From Alphaproteobacteria bacterium (lineage in GTDB: Bacteria > Pseudomonadota > Alphaproteobacteria > GCA-2731375): a stretch of 64,000 nucleotides of DNA. The notes under the pieces are model-generated. The model worked only from the letters and a program-made list of their open reading frames with translations. It was not told the DNA's origin and made no database searches. This document shows positions 53,799 through 64,000 of the stretch, piece after piece. Made by a program: the position numbers and the translations under genes. Every line of letters begins with the position of its first letter. Position 1 is the first letter of the stretch. The DNA lies in assembly GCA_965225945.1 (NCBI GenBank), contig CBDDBZ010000039.1:64001-128000 (forward strand), in the 5' to 3' direction.

Positions 53799-54035
53799 TC
53801 AGGCCCGCGCGCGGGGGCAGTCCGCGCGGGCGCAGGCGGGCGCGGTGGCCTCGACATAGTCGCCACAGCTCGCGCAAGCCACCAGATCGAGGGCCGGATT
53901 GTCCGGGGGCTCGGCGGCCGCCGGCTTCCGCCGACCAGCGCTCTTGGCTACGGCGCGCCCGCGCAGGAACCGGGTGGCGAGTATCACCCCGGCGATCACC
54001 GCCAGGGTCAACAGGATCTTCGATAGACTGAGCAT
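53799..54035 (-). CDS. Small membrane-anchored Cys-containing hypothetical protein
   Basis: N-terminal TM helix; LVACASCGDYV..C. Confidence 0.6.
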   Translation of the reverse strand: MLSLSKILLTLAVIAGVILATRFLRGRAVAKSAGRRKPAAAEPPDNPALDLVACASCGDYVEATAPACARADCPRARA

Positions 54036-54212
54036 GGCTAGGCTGCCCGTGCGTCTCGCGTCGAGCGGAGCTTATCGGTTCCGCCGTCCCCGCTCCAGGG
54101 CGGGCTCGCCGGCCCGATCGTCGGGTCTCGAACAGATTTGTGATTTGTTTTCCCGCGACCGGTCCCCAATTATACTGGGCGAGAGCGGAACGGCGCGGAG
54201 AAAGGGGCGACC

Positions 54213-55211
54213 ATGTTCTATTTCAGGCGAAAAGGCTGGGAGATTACCGAGGCCCAGGCGACGCCCGAGACGATCTTCGAGGAGCGCCGGCGTTTTACCA
54301 AGGCGCTGGCCGCGGGCTCGATCCTGGCGAGCACGGCGCCCGCCGCGCTGCTCGCGAGCGGCGGCCCGGCAAATGCCATGCGGGTGCCGCTGACGGTGGA
54401 GGGCGATCCCTCCGCCTCGCTCTATCCCGTCATGCGCAATCCTCGCTACAAGGTGGAGCGCGAGATCACCAAGGCCGAGATCAACGCCACCTACAACAAC
54501 TTCTATGAATTCGGCTCGCACAAGACGATCTGGAAGGCGGCGCAAAATCTGGTGACCCGGCCCTGGATGGTGAAGGTCGACGGTATGGTGGAGACGCCGT
54601 TCGAGATCGCCATCGATGAATTGCTGGGGAAGATGAAGCTGGAGGAGCGGGTCTATCGCCACCGCTGCGTCGAGGCCTGGTCGATGGTGGTGCCGTGGAG
54701 CGGCTTCCCCTTGGCCGATCTGGTGAAGCTGGCGAAACCGCTCGACTCGGCGAAATACCTCCGCTTCGAATCGTTCCACGATTCGTCCATGGCCAGCGGC
54801 CAGAAGGCCTTCTGGTATCCCTGGCCCTACGTCGAGGGCGTGACGATGGCGGAAGCCGAGAACGAGCTCGCCTTCATGGTCACTGGCTCCTACGGCCAGC
54901 CGATGGCGAAGCAACACGGCTCGCCGCTGCGCCTGGCGCTGCCCTGGAAGTACGGCTTCAAGCACATCAAGTCGATCCAGCGGATCACGCTGACCGACCA
55001 ACGGCCGCAGACCTTCTGGGAAAAGGTGGCCGGCCGGGAGTACGGCTTCTGGGCCAACGTCAACCCAGAGGTGCCGCATCCCCGCTGGTCGCAGGCTACC
55101 GAGCGGGTCATCGGCACCCAGACACGGGTGCCGACGCACCTGTTCAACGGCTACGCCGAATTCGTCGCCAGCCTCTACACCGGACTGGAGGGCGAGGCGC
55201 TCTACATGTGA
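54213..55211 (+). CDS. msrP: Protein-methionine-sulfoxide reductase catalytic subunit
   Basis: YNNFYEFG, YRHRCVEAW, PWKYGFK, YGFWANVNP; Tat-like RRRF. Confidence 0.93.
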   Translation: MFYFRRKGWEITEAQATPETIFEERRRFTKALAAGSILASTAPAALLASGGPANAMRVPLTVEGDPSASLYPVMRNPRYKVEREITKAEINATYNNFYEFGSHKTIWKAAQNLVTRPWMVKVDGMVETPFEIAIDELLGKMKLEERVYRHRCVEAWSMVVPWSGFPLADLVKLAKPLDSAKYLRFESFHDSSMASGQKAFWYPWPYVEGVTMAEAENELAFMVTGSYGQPMAKQHGSPLRLALPWKYGFKHIKSIQRITLTDQRPQTFWEKVAGREYGFWANVNPEVPHPRWSQATERVIGTQTRVPTHLFNGYAEFVASLYTGLEGEALYM

Positions 55212-55504
55212 TGCTGGCGCTGGTGGCGAGGCGCTGGCCGAGCCGATCACCGACCCCGAAACCCCGACGCGAGTGCGGGGCGGAGACGGACGGGGTGGTC
55301 TTGGGATGAACTACGAGATCTTGGATCCCATCCTTGAGAGCTGGGCACGGCGGCACGATCTCCACATCCACAGGATGCACCGTGATGATCCAGTGAGGTC
55401 CCTGAACGTCGTGAGCCCTACCGGTCAACGCTTTCAAATGTGGCTCGATCCGCCATCCGAAATAGGAGATACGGCGGTTCATGGGTGGGACTTTAAGGAC
55501 CTAA

Positions 55505-56675
55505 TACCAATCGGCATTAATCAGAACTCATGCGCCCATTTACGCCGCCCGATGGACGTGATGTTCCATGGTTGATCGATGAGCTTGTTCCAGGCTTCGC
55601 AGCAGGAGGTGATGATCTGCTCGTCGGATTGGAAGACCAAGTTGGACAGCCAGTTGTCGCGCATGAACTGCCAGATGTTTTCGGTCGGATTGAGCTCCGG
55701 CGAGCGTGGTGGCAGGGGCAGGAGGGTAACGTTGGCGGGGATCTTCAGCTTGTCCGTGGTGTGCCAACCCGCCTGATCGAGGAGCAGGAGGGCATGCGCG
55801 CGCGCGCCTACCCGGGAGGAGATCTCCTCCAGATGCAGCTGCATGGCCTGGGTGTCGCAGTGGGGGAGCACGAGGGCGGCGCCGACGCCGCGTTCGGGAC
55901 AGATGGCGCCGAAGATATAGGCTGATTTGGTGCGCTGGTCATGCGGTGCGCGGGGCCGGGTTCCGCGCCGCGCCCAGCGCCGAGTGATCTTGTTCTTCTG
56001 GCCGACACGGGCTTCGTCCTGCCACCAGATTTCTATCTCGGTGCCGTCGGGCAGGCGCCGGCGGGCTTGTGCCACCAGCTCGGGGAATTTTTTTTAAAAT
56101 CCTCGATGACGCCCTCCTCCTGGGCATGGTGGCGCGGACGCGCCGTCATCTTCGTGAAGCCCATCGCCTTCAATTCCCGGCTTACCGTGGTCTCGTCGAG
56201 CGAGATCGCGAACATATCCCGGATCCAGCCCGCCAGATCCTTCAGCCGCCAGCGCACCACGCCGTCGACCGCCGGGTTCGGCCCCGCATCGACGCGTGCC
56301 CCCAGCGCCTGGCGTTGTGCATCGTCGAGCTTCGCCACCGCACCGGGCGCCTTGCGATCGATCAAGCCGTCCGGGCCCTCGGCGTTGAAATGCAACACCC
56401 AATCTCGGATCACCTGAAGCCCCACGTGGCCGGTCCGTGCCGCATCCGTCCGCCGCCCACCGTCATAGATCACCGCGAGAGCCAAGAGCCGGCGGCTCTG
56501 GCCGGCATCCTTGGAAAGCTTCGCCAAGCGACGCAGCTCCGCCGCATCGAAATCCTCTCGTAACCCGATCGCCGCTCCCATGGTGAACCTCCTCAACTCC
56601 GAATCACCGGAATTGAGTCAGAAATCATCCACCATGGGAATCCTCAAAGTGAGTCTCCCTCAAGGCCAATTGGTA
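55505..56675 (-). mobile_element. IS630-family element, copy 3
   Basis: Near-identical to copies 1 and 2; TAA TSD. Confidence 0.93.
55521..56581 (-). CDS. IS630 transposase (-1 frameshift)
   Basis: Same orfA/orfB arrangement as copy 2. Confidence 0.87.
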
Positions 56676-56854
56676 TAAGAATAGAAATTCACACGATTAT
56701 AGAAGATTTGGAAAAAAATCTGGAACTCGTTTATCGAGAGATCGTCTCTAATTTTTAAGAAAATCGTTTTCTGAATCAGAATCTCTTTCAAACGGTTGCA
56801 TACTCTCTTGATTTGGAATAACGCCTCGCTGCTACATTTTCCGACTCGACTCGT

Positions 56855-59188
56855 TCATCGTGCCGCCTTCGCGTCCTGTATCTCGCGCCAGACCCGCTCC
56901 GGCGTCGCCGGCATGTCGAGGGCCCTCACGCCAAGCGGGCGGAGTGCATCGAGGATCGCGTTCATCGCCGCCGGCGGCGCGCCGATCGCGCCCGCCTCGC
57001 CGCAGCCCTTCACCCCCAGCGGATTGGTCCGGCACGGCACCTCGTTATAGGTGAAATCGATCTCCGGCATCAGGTCGGCGCGCGCCACGGCGTAGTCCAT
57101 GAAGGAGCCGGTGGAGAGCTGGCCACTCTCGTCGTCATAGACGCAGCCCTCCCAGAGTGCCTGGCCCAGCCCTTGCGCGATCCCGCCGTGGACCTGGCCC
57201 GCCACCAGCAGCGGGTTCATGACCCGGCCGAAATCGTCGACCACGGTGTAGTTCACCACTTCGACGATCCCGGTCTCCGGATCGACCTCCACCTCCACCA
57301 CGTGACAGCCGTTGGGGTAGCTCCAGGTCTCCAGCTTGTAATAATGGGCTTCGTCCAACCCGGGCGCGATCTCCGCCGGCAGCCCGGCGACGTCGAAGGC
57401 GAGCCCCACGACCGCGTCCCAGCTAACCCGCCGATCGGTGCCGGCGATGGCGAAGGTGCCGTCGGCGAAGGCGACATCGCCCACGTCCGCCTCCATCAAA
57501 TGCGCGGCGATCCGCTTGGCCTTGTCGACGATTTTTCCCGCCGCGCCCTGGAGCGAGGCGCCCGCGACCATCAAAAAGTGGGAGCCGCCGACCCCGCTCG
57601 ACAGTTCCGCGATCGCGTCCGTGTCGCCCTCCACCACGCGCACCCGGTCGAATTCGACGCCGAGCTGGTCGGCGACCAGTTGGGCATAGGCCGTCTCGTG
57701 GCCCTGGCCGTTGGAGACGCTGCCGGCGTAGACCGTGACGCCGCCGGCCGGATCGAACTTCAGCCGCGTGGTATCGCCGTCGGTCCAGCCGGCGAGCTCG
57801 AGGTAATAAGCGGCGCCTAGGCCCAAGTGCTTGCCGCGCGCCGCCGCCGCTCGCCGCCGCGCCGCCAGGTCGTCGCCCGCCGCGCGCTGGATCGCGCTCT
57901 CCATGTTGGCCGCGAACTCGCCGCTGTCGTAGGTGGTCTCGAAGACCGTGGTGTAAGGCATGGAGTTGGGGCGGATCATGTTTCGCCGGCGCAAGTCCGC
58001 CGCCTCGATTGCCCCTTCCACCGCCGCCTGGTCGACCAGCCGCTCGATCGCGTAGGCCGCCTCCGGCCGGCCGGCGCCGCGGTAGGCGTCGACCGGCGCG
58101 GTGTTGGTGAAGACCACCCGGACATCGAGGTCGATCGCGCCCCAATCATAGACCGCTGGCAGGGCGAGGCCATGGCACTCGGTCGGGATGTTGAGGCTGA
58201 AGAGCGAGAGATAGGCGCCGATGTTGGCGATGGTGCGGACCCGGAGCGCCAGGAAACGGCCGTTGGCGTCGAGCGCCAGTTCCAGCCGGCTGACATGGTC
58301 GCGGCCCTGGGTGTCGGCGAGGAAGGCCTCGCCTCGCTCCGCGATCCAGCGCACCGGCCGGGCGAGCCGGCGCGCGGCCCAAAGCACGCCCGCCTGTTCC
58401 GGATAAGCGAAGGCCTTCATGCCGAAGCCGCCGCCGACGTCGGGCGTGACCACCCGTAATGCGCCTTCGGCGACGCCCAGCACGCCGGCGAGCGCGCTCC
58501 GCAGCAGGTGCGCCCCCTGATTGTTGGCAATCAGCGTGTATTCGCCGGTGCCGGCATCGAAGCGGCCGATGGCCCCGCGCGGCTCCATCGAGGCGACGAT
58601 CAGGCGGTTATTGACGAGTTCCGTACGGACCACGCGGTGGGCGGCGGCGAAAGCGGCATCGCTCGCGTTCGAATCGCCGAGACGCCAGTGGACCGCGATG
58701 TTGTCCACCGCCTCGTCCCAGAGCTTGGGTGCCTCGGGCGAGGCCGCGCGCTCGGTGTCGGTGACGGCGGGCAGCGGGTCGTAGTCGACCTCGATCGATT
58801 CGGCCGCGTCCTTGGCTAATTCCAGGCTCTCGGCGACGACGAAGGCGACGGGCTGGCCGACATGGCGGACCTTGCCCCGGGCCAGGATCGGATAGGGCGG
58901 CATGAAGCTCTGGCGGCCCTCGACGCTTTCCGGCGCGCCCAGCACCGGCAGGCCGGCCAAGCCGTCCGCCGCCACGTCCTCGCCGCTCAGCACCGCGCGC
59001 AGCCCCGGCATCGCCCGCGCTTCCGCCGTCTCGATCGCGCCGAGGCGGGCATGCGCGTGGGGCAAGCGCAAGACGTGGAGATGGAGCGCCCCCGGCAGCT
59101 GGATATCATCGACATAGCGGGCGCTGCCGGTGAGAAAACGACGATCCTCGCGGCGCCGGATCGGCTGGCCCATGCCGAACTTCGCCAT
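56855..59188 (-). CDS. Xanthine dehydrogenase/CoxL family molybdopterin subunit
   Basis: RREDRRFLTG, VGGGFG.K, AYRGAGRPEA, GQGHET, KGCGE. Confidence 0.92.
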   Translation of the reverse strand: MAKFGMGQPIRRREDRRFLTGSARYVDDIQLPGALHLHVLRLPHAHARLGAIETAEARAMPGLRAVLSGEDVAADGLAGLPVLGAPESVEGRQSFMPPYPILARGKVRHVGQPVAFVVAESLELAKDAAESIEVDYDPLPAVTDTERAASPEAPKLWDEAVDNIAVHWRLGDSNASDAAFAAAHRVVRTELVNNRLIVASMEPRGAIGRFDAGTGEYTLIANNQGAHLLRSALAGVLGVAEGALRVVTPDVGGGFGMKAFAYPEQAGVLWAARRLARPVRWIAERGEAFLADTQGRDHVSRLELALDANGRFLALRVRTIANIGAYLSLFSLNIPTECHGLALPAVYDWGAIDLDVRVVFTNTAPVDAYRGAGRPEAAYAIERLVDQAAVEGAIEAADLRRRNMIRPNSMPYTTVFETTYDSGEFAANMESAIQRAAGDDLAARRRAAAARGKHLGLGAAYYLELAGWTDGDTTRLKFDPAGGVTVYAGSVSNGQGHETAYAQLVADQLGVEFDRVRVVEGDTDAIAELSSGVGGSHFLMVAGASLQGAAGKIVDKAKRIAAHLMEADVGDVAFADGTFAIAGTDRRVSWDAVVGLAFDVAGLPAEIAPGLDEAHYYKLETWSYPNGCHVVEVEVDPETGIVEVVNYTVVDDFGRVMNPLLVAGQVHGGIAQGLGQALWEGCVYDDESGQLSTGSFMDYAVARADLMPEIDFTYNEVPCRTNPLGVKGCGEAGAIGAPPAAMNAILDALRPLGVRALDMPATPERVWREIQDAKAAR

Positions 59189-59292
59189 CTCGCCCCTCCC
59201 CGAAATTCGCCGCGCGGTCCCCTGGTTCCGCCCCCGCGACGGCGCTATGGTGCGCGCATACACGGGAGTTTGGCGTGGCGGGAGCAGAGACG

Positions 59293-59397
59293 ATGGCGGG
59301 CGCCAAAGTCAAGGTGGCCTACGAGATCCAGCCGGACGCCCGACGAAAGCTGGAAACCATCGCCGAACGCCACAAGCTGCGCCGCCGCCGTGTCTGA
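59293..59397 (+). pseudogene. Truncated small protein fragment abutting the sdhB-like gene
   Basis: GGAG RBS plus MAGAKVKVAYEIQPDARRKLETIAERHKL, then runs out of frame. Confidence 0.4.
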
Positions 59398-60112
59398 GCC
59401 TGCGTCCGAGGTCACCGCGCGGATCTGGCGGGGCGGGGCCGACGGTGCCTATCGCGACTACCGGCTGGGCTACCACGGCGACCAGACGGTGCTCGACCTG
59501 GTGACGGAGATCCAGCGCCGGCACGATCCCACGCTCGCCTATCGCTTCTCCTGCCGGGTCGGCATGTGCGGCTCCTGCGCGATGATGGTCTCGGGCCGGC
59601 CGCGCTGGACCTGCCGGACGCTGGTCGCCGACGTGGTGAAGGCGGGCAGGCTGACGCTCGCGCCCCTCGCCAACCTGCCGGTCATCCGCGACCTGGTCGC
59701 CGACATGACGCCCTTCTTCGATAAATGGCGCGAGGCCGGCGGCCGCTTCGAGGCCGGCACGACAGCGGCCGACGACTTCGCCCCGATCACGCCCGACGAT
59801 CCGGCCCGCCAGTTAGTCGACGCCGGCATCGAATGCATCAACTGCGGCATCTGCCACGCCGCCTGCGATGTGGTGCGCACGACGCCCAGCTATCTCGGGC
59901 CCGCGGCGCTCAACCGCGCTTGGACCCTGGTGAACGACGCCCGCGACCAGGGCGGCGCGGCGCGGCTCGCCCGCGTGGCGGCGGGCGGCTGCCTTTCCTG
60001 CCACACCCACCAGGCTTGCGCGCAATATTGCCCCAAGGGACTGAACCCGACGCGGGCCATCGCCGGCCTCAAGCGCGCCATCGCCAAGGCGGCCTTGGGG
60101 GGCACGCTTTGA
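59390..60112 (+). CDS. Succinate dehydrogenase/fumarate reductase-like Fe-S subunit
   Basis: CRVGMCGSC, CINCGIC..C, C..C.....C...CP; start uncertain. Confidence 0.88.
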   Translation: MSEPASEVTARIWRGGADGAYRDYRLGYHGDQTVLDLVTEIQRRHDPTLAYRFSCRVGMCGSCAMMVSGRPRWTCRTLVADVVKAGRLTLAPLANLPVIRDLVADMTPFFDKWREAGGRFEAGTTAADDFAPITPDDPARQLVDAGIECINCGICHAACDVVRTTPSYLGPAALNRAWTLVNDARDQGGAARLARVAAGGCLSCHTHQACAQYCPKGLNPTRAIAGLKRAIAKAALGGTL

Positions 60113-60189
60113 GCGGCCGGCTCGACGTCTGGCTCTGGCTGCTGCACCGCGCCAGTGGCGCCTTGCTGGCGCCGTTGATCATCGCCCAC

Positions 60190-61272
60190 CTAGTGTACCG
60201 ACTCTAACGCCTGTCGCCCACGAGCGACTTTTTCGAGTATGGCGGTGGCGGAAGCGGTCCATACGAAGGGTTTTGGATCGGCATTGTGGTGCTCGAGGTA
60301 TTCCTGAATGGCTGTTTCGAGTTCGGCGACGCTCTTGAACACGCCGCAACGGATTTGATCGCTGGTGATCAGGCTGAAGAAGCGTTCGACCTGGCTGAGC
60401 CAGGAGGCGGATGTCGGAGTGAAGTGCATATGGAAGCGAGGATGTTTTGCCAACCACGCCTTGACCTTGGGATGCTTGTGGGTGGCGTAGTTGTCGGCGA
60501 TCAGATGCAGGTCGAGCTTCTTGGGCGTCTCGGCGTCGATACGGCGCAGGAATTTCAGCCATTCCTGATGGCGGTGCCGCTTCATGCAGTGGCCGATGAC
60601 CTTGCCGGTGGCGACGTCGAGCGCGGCGAACAATGTCGTCGTGCCGTGGCGCTTGTAGTCATGCGTCATGGTGCCGGCTCGGCCCTTCTTGATCGGCAAG
60701 CCGGGCTGTGTGCGGTCGAGCGCCTGGATCTGGCTCTTCTCGTCGACCGAGAGAACCAGCGCCTTGTCCGGCGGATCGAGATAGAGACCGACGATATCGC
60801 GCACCTTCTCGACGAAGTGTTCGTCATTCGACAGCTTGAAGGTCTTCACCAGGTGCGGCTTGAGGCCGTGCGCCTTCCAGATCCGCTGCACGCTGGTGTA
60901 GCTGAGGCCGACGGCACGGGCCATCTTGCGGATGCTCCAATGCGTCGCCGCCTCCGGCGTCTCGTGCAAGGTCTTATGCACAACCCGCTCGATCACCTCG
61001 GCGCTCAGCGGCGGCTTGCGTCCCGGTCGCGTCGCATCGCGGCGCAGTCCGGCGATGCCTTTGGCAAGGTAGCGCTCCTGCCAGCGCCACACCGTCACCT
61101 TACTTTTGCCGACCAACCGGACGATCGTCATCGTGCCGATCCCGTCAGCCGACAGCAACACTATCCGTGCCCGCCAAACCAGCTTCTGCGGCGTGTTCCG
61201 CCCAGAAACCAACCCTTCCAGCGTCGCCCGCTCCGCGGGAGACAGCCAGATGCATGCCAATGTCTTCGTCAT
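60190..61272 (-). CDS. IS630 transposase
   Basis: VDEKSQIQAL, YKRHGT, DNYATH, SWL.QVE; stop codon formed by the target TAG. Confidence 0.92.
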   Translation of the reverse strand: MTKTLACIWLSPAERATLEGLVSGRNTPQKLVWRARIVLLSADGIGTMTIVRLVGKSKVTVWRWQERYLAKGIAGLRRDATRPGRKPPLSAEVIERVVHKTLHETPEAATHWSIRKMARAVGLSYTSVQRIWKAHGLKPHLVKTFKLSNDEHFVEKVRDIVGLYLDPPDKALVLSVDEKSQIQALDRTQPGLPIKKGRAGTMTHDYKRHGTTTLFAALDVATGKVIGHCMKRHRHQEWLKFLRRIDAETPKKLDLHLIADNYATHKHPKVKAWLAKHPRFHMHFTPTSASWLSQVERFFSLITSDQIRCGVFKSVAELETAIQEYLEHHNADPKPFVWTASATAILEKVARGRQALESVH

Positions 61273-61329
61273 TCCCCCAGAATCGCAGAACACAAGCCCT
61301 TTGGGAAACTTTTGTTAGGATCGGAACAC
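60193..61329 (-). mobile_element. IS630-family element of a second, single-ORF type
   Basis: IRs GTGTACCGA / TCGGAACAC; TA duplicated within a CTAG target. Confidence 0.92.
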
Positions 61330-61585
61330 TAGTGAACATCGTCGTCGCCGTGCAGGGCGGGCTCGACGCGGCGGAGATCCTCGCCCGCACCCAGGGCAGC
61401 GTGTTCTGGGGCGGGTATTATTTTCTCTTCGTCGCGACCGCCGGGCTGCACGCGGCGATCGGAATGCGGAGTTTCCTGGCCGAGCATGCGCGTCTGGCGC
61501 CGCCGCTCGCCACCGCCGTCGGCGGCGTGATCGGCTGCGTGCTCCTGGCGATGGGCTGGCGCGCGGTCGCCGGGCTGGTGCTCCG

Positions 61586-61930
61586 GTGATCCCGAGGCGG
61601 AGAGCCGAGGCGGCGGGCTACTGGGCCTCCTGGGCCCAGCGGCTGAGCGGCGTGTTGCTGGCGCTCTTTCTGCCGGCGCACTTCCGGGTCTTGGGGTTGG
61701 CGATCGAATCCGAGGCGCGGCTCGACGGTTTCCTGCGCTGGACCGATTCACCCCTCGTCAAGCTGGCCGAGGCCGCCCTGGTGGTGCTGCTCACCGTTCA
61801 TCTGGTCGGCGGACTGCGCCTTCTGATGATAGAGTTCCTGCCGTGGCGGGATTGGCAAGGCCGCCTCGTCGCGCTCGGCGGCGGCGTCTCGCTCGCCGTC
61901 GGGTTATTGTTCCTGGTGGGGGCCTTCTAG
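61586..61930 (+). CDS. Sdh/Frd-like cytochrome b anchor subunit
   Basis: QRLSG..LALFLP.HF; VHL.GGLR. Confidence 0.8.
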   Translation: MIPRRRAEAAGYWASWAQRLSGVLLALFLPAHFRVLGLAIESEARLDGFLRWTDSPLVKLAEAALVVLLTVHLVGGLRLLMIEFLPWRDWQGRLVALGGGVSLAVGLLFLVGAF

Positions 61931-61938
61931 TGGGCGCC

Positions 61939-63672
61939 ATGGAGCGGCTGGAAACCGACATCCTGATCCTCGGCAGCGGCGGCGCCGGGCTGCTGGCGGC
62001 GCTGCACGCGCATGAGGCCGACCCGGACCTCGACATCACCGTGGCGGTCAAGGGCCTGATGGGGAAGTGCGGCTGCACTCGGATGGTGCAGGGCGGCTAC
62101 AACGCCGCGATCGATCCCAGCGATTCGATCGAGCGGCACTTCATGGACACGATCCGGGGCGGCTCCTGGCTGCCCAACCAAGAATTGGCTTGGCGCCTGG
62201 TGTCGAGCGCGCCGGCCCGGGTGCTGGAGCTGGAGAACCGCCACGGCTGCTTCTTCGACCGCAACCCCGACGGCACGTTGCACGGCAAGGCCTTCGCCGG
62301 CCAGACCTTCGATCGCACCATCCACAAGGGCGACCAGACCGGAATCGAGATCGTCAACCGGCTGATGGAGCAGGTGCTGGCCCGCCCGATCCGCCGGCTG
62401 GAGGAACACCGCGCGGTGGCCCTCGTGCCTGCTCGCGACGGCGGCCGCATCGCCGGCGTCGTGTTGCTCGAGATGAAGACCGGTGCGCTGCGCTACGTCG
62501 CCGCCCGGGCGGTGCTGCTGGGGACCGGCGGCGGGCCGACCATGTACCGCTATCACACCCCCTCCGGCGACAAGGCCTGCGACGGCATGGCGATGGCGCT
62601 GCGCTGCGGCCTGGACTTGCGCGACATGGAGATGGTGCAGTTCCATCCGACCGGCCTGCTGGCGGGCGAAGACACCCGGCTCACCGGCACGGTGCTGGAG
62701 GAGGGCCTGCGCGGCGCCGGCGGCCATTTGCTGAACGGCGAGGAAAAGCGCTTCATGCTCGACTACGACGAGCGGGCCGAGCGGGCGACCCGCGACCTGG
62801 TCTCCCGCGCCATCTTCGATCAGATCCGCAAGGGCCGCACCTCGCCCGCCGGCGGCGTCTACATCTCGATGGCGGCGCTCGAGCCCGAGGCCGTCAGGCG
62901 CCAGTTCAAGGGCATGGTCGAGCGCTGCGCCGACGTCGGCTTCGACCTCGCCGCCGGCCTGGTCGAGGTGGTGCCGACGGCGCATTACATGATGGGCGGC
63001 GTCGAGGTCGGACTCGATTGCGAAACCGCTTTTCCCGGCCTGTTCTGCGCCGGGGAGGACGCGGGTGGGGTCCACGGCAGCAACCGGCTGGGCGGCAACG
63101 GCGTCGCCAATTCCACCGTTTTCGGCGGCATCGCCGGCGAGGTCATGGCGCGGTGGCTCGCGCGCGAGGGCCAGGGCGGCCCGGCGCCCGCCGACGAGGG
63201 GGCAATCGAGGCCGCGCGGGCCCGGGTCGAGCAGCCCTTCGGCCAGCCCGCCGGAGACCTCAATTCGATCCGCCTCGGGCTTCTCGACCTGATGTGGGAC
63301 GAGGCCGGGATCATCCGCGACGCCGCCGGTCTCGCCCGCGCCCGCGACGGTCTCGCGAGGCTGCGGCGCGAACTCGACGCCACGGGGTTGGCCGACGACC
63401 TCCGCGGCTATAATTTGACCTGGCACGACTGGCTCAACCTCGATTCCCAGATCGAGGTCTCGGGCGCCATCGTCGCCGCCGCGCTGGCTCGCGAGAATTC
63501 GCGCGGCGCGCATTTCCGCGAGGATTTCCCCGACGCCGGGCCGTTGGAGGCCTCGAGCTATACCCGGGTGCGCTTGGCCGACGCGGGGCCCGTCACCGAG
63601 AACGTGGCCGTCGAGTTTACCCGGGTCCGGCCGGGGAAAAGCCTGATCGCCGAGGAAATGGCCGCCGAATGA
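61939..63672 (+). CDS. Sdh/Frd/NadB-family flavoprotein
   Basis: GSGGAG, QFHPTG, E.LRG.GG, RDLVSRA, HY.MGG, HG.NRLGGN, SRGAH. Confidence 0.92.
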   Translation: MERLETDILILGSGGAGLLAALHAHEADPDLDITVAVKGLMGKCGCTRMVQGGYNAAIDPSDSIERHFMDTIRGGSWLPNQELAWRLVSSAPARVLELENRHGCFFDRNPDGTLHGKAFAGQTFDRTIHKGDQTGIEIVNRLMEQVLARPIRRLEEHRAVALVPARDGGRIAGVVLLEMKTGALRYVAARAVLLGTGGGPTMYRYHTPSGDKACDGMAMALRCGLDLRDMEMVQFHPTGLLAGEDTRLTGTVLEEGLRGAGGHLLNGEEKRFMLDYDERAERATRDLVSRAIFDQIRKGRTSPAGGVYISMAALEPEAVRRQFKGMVERCADVGFDLAAGLVEVVPTAHYMMGGVEVGLDCETAFPGLFCAGEDAGGVHGSNRLGGNGVANSTVFGGIAGEVMARWLAREGQGGPAPADEGAIEAARARVEQPFGQPAGDLNSIRLGLLDLMWDEAGIIRDAAGLARARDGLARLRRELDATGLADDLRGYNLTWHDWLNLDSQIEVSGAIVAAALARENSRGAHFREDFPDAGPLEASSYTRVRLADAGPVTENVAVEFTRVRPGKSLIAEEMAAE

Positions 63673-63688
63673 GGAGAGGACCCCAGCG

Positions 63689-64000
63689 ATGCCGGAAATG
63701 ATCCCAATCGAGAGCGTCGAGCACGTGGCGGGGGAAATCATGCGCCGCGCCAGCATCGAGATCCCGCGCGACTATAGGGACGGGGTCGAGGCGATGGTCG
63801 AGGAGGAGACCAGCGAGCTCGGCCGTTTCGTCCTCCGCTCGATGCTCTAGAACTGGGACGCGGCGGAGGCCGACCAGCGCCCGATGTGTGCCGACACCGG
63901 CTTGCCGCGCTATTACGTCAAGGTCGGCAACGAGGCCCGGGTCGAAGGCGGCTTCGTCGCGCTGGAGGCGGCGCTGAGAAGGGCGACGGCGGAGACGACG
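63689..64000 (+). pseudogene. Class I fumarate hydratase / tartrate dehydratase alpha subunit with an in-frame TAG; runs off the window
   Basis: ..RSML*NWDAAEADQRPMCADTGLP; stop at 63848-50. Confidence 0.75.

Larger units (their letters stand above)
55306..56758 (+). pseudogene. Small hypothetical protein split by IS630 copy 3
   Basis: Removing the IS gives MNYEILDPIL...WDFKDL|RIEIHTIIEDLEKNLELVYREIVSNF*. Confidence 0.75.
60109..61589 (+). pseudogene. Sdh/Frd-like membrane anchor subunit split by an IS630
   Basis: HRASGALLAPLIIAHL|VNIVVAVQGG..LHAAIG after IS removal. Confidence 0.82.

Noticed and set aside
56855-59188. Bona fide form I CO dehydrogenase
   Set aside because: The active-site loop is AYRGAGR, not AYXCSFR, and no coxM/coxS genes are adjacent
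63848-63850. Pyrrolysine or recoded TAG
   Set aside because: No pyl machinery is visible, TAG ends many genes here, and the operon is otherwise damaged; a GAG to TAG mutation or sequencing error is simpler

Overview
GC-rich alphaproteobacterial (Rhodospirillales-like, inferred from gene content) chromosome segment showing heavy IS expansion and gene decay. Housekeeping and metabolic blocks: cspA, an AglB/STT3-like membrane glycosyltransferase, a sulfatase, a CoA-transferase, pheA, a hydantoinase A/B pair, 2-oxoacid/acetoin dehydrogenase E1a/E1b/E2, hisBHAF, msrP, a CoxL/XdhA-type molybdoprotein and a non-canonical sdh/frd-like operon. These flank a ~24 kb mobile-element pile-up (18.1-42.2 kb) around a tRNA-Ala 3' fragment. 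The pile-up holds IS1595, a large-serine-recombinase (DUF2924/DUF3489/DUF5681) element, two group II intron remnants, IS630, IS256, an IS66 remnant, an IS3-like element, an IS91-like element with a tyrosine recombinase, and two IS21 elements. Most interesting: (1) a 4141-bp IS21-type transposon, bounded by a target-site duplication (TSD), whose istA-istB pair is co-translated with a Cys-rich zinc-finger ORF and a primase-like DUF3991/TOPRIM protein with degenerate catalytic residues (candidate target selector); (2) a group II intron whose domain VI plus 3' splice site is exactly triplicated; (3) a duplicated IS91-like terminus plus flank; (4) a phased CAGGGAATT motif array at the recombinase-element edge. 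All family calls come from motif recognition by eye; no searches were run.
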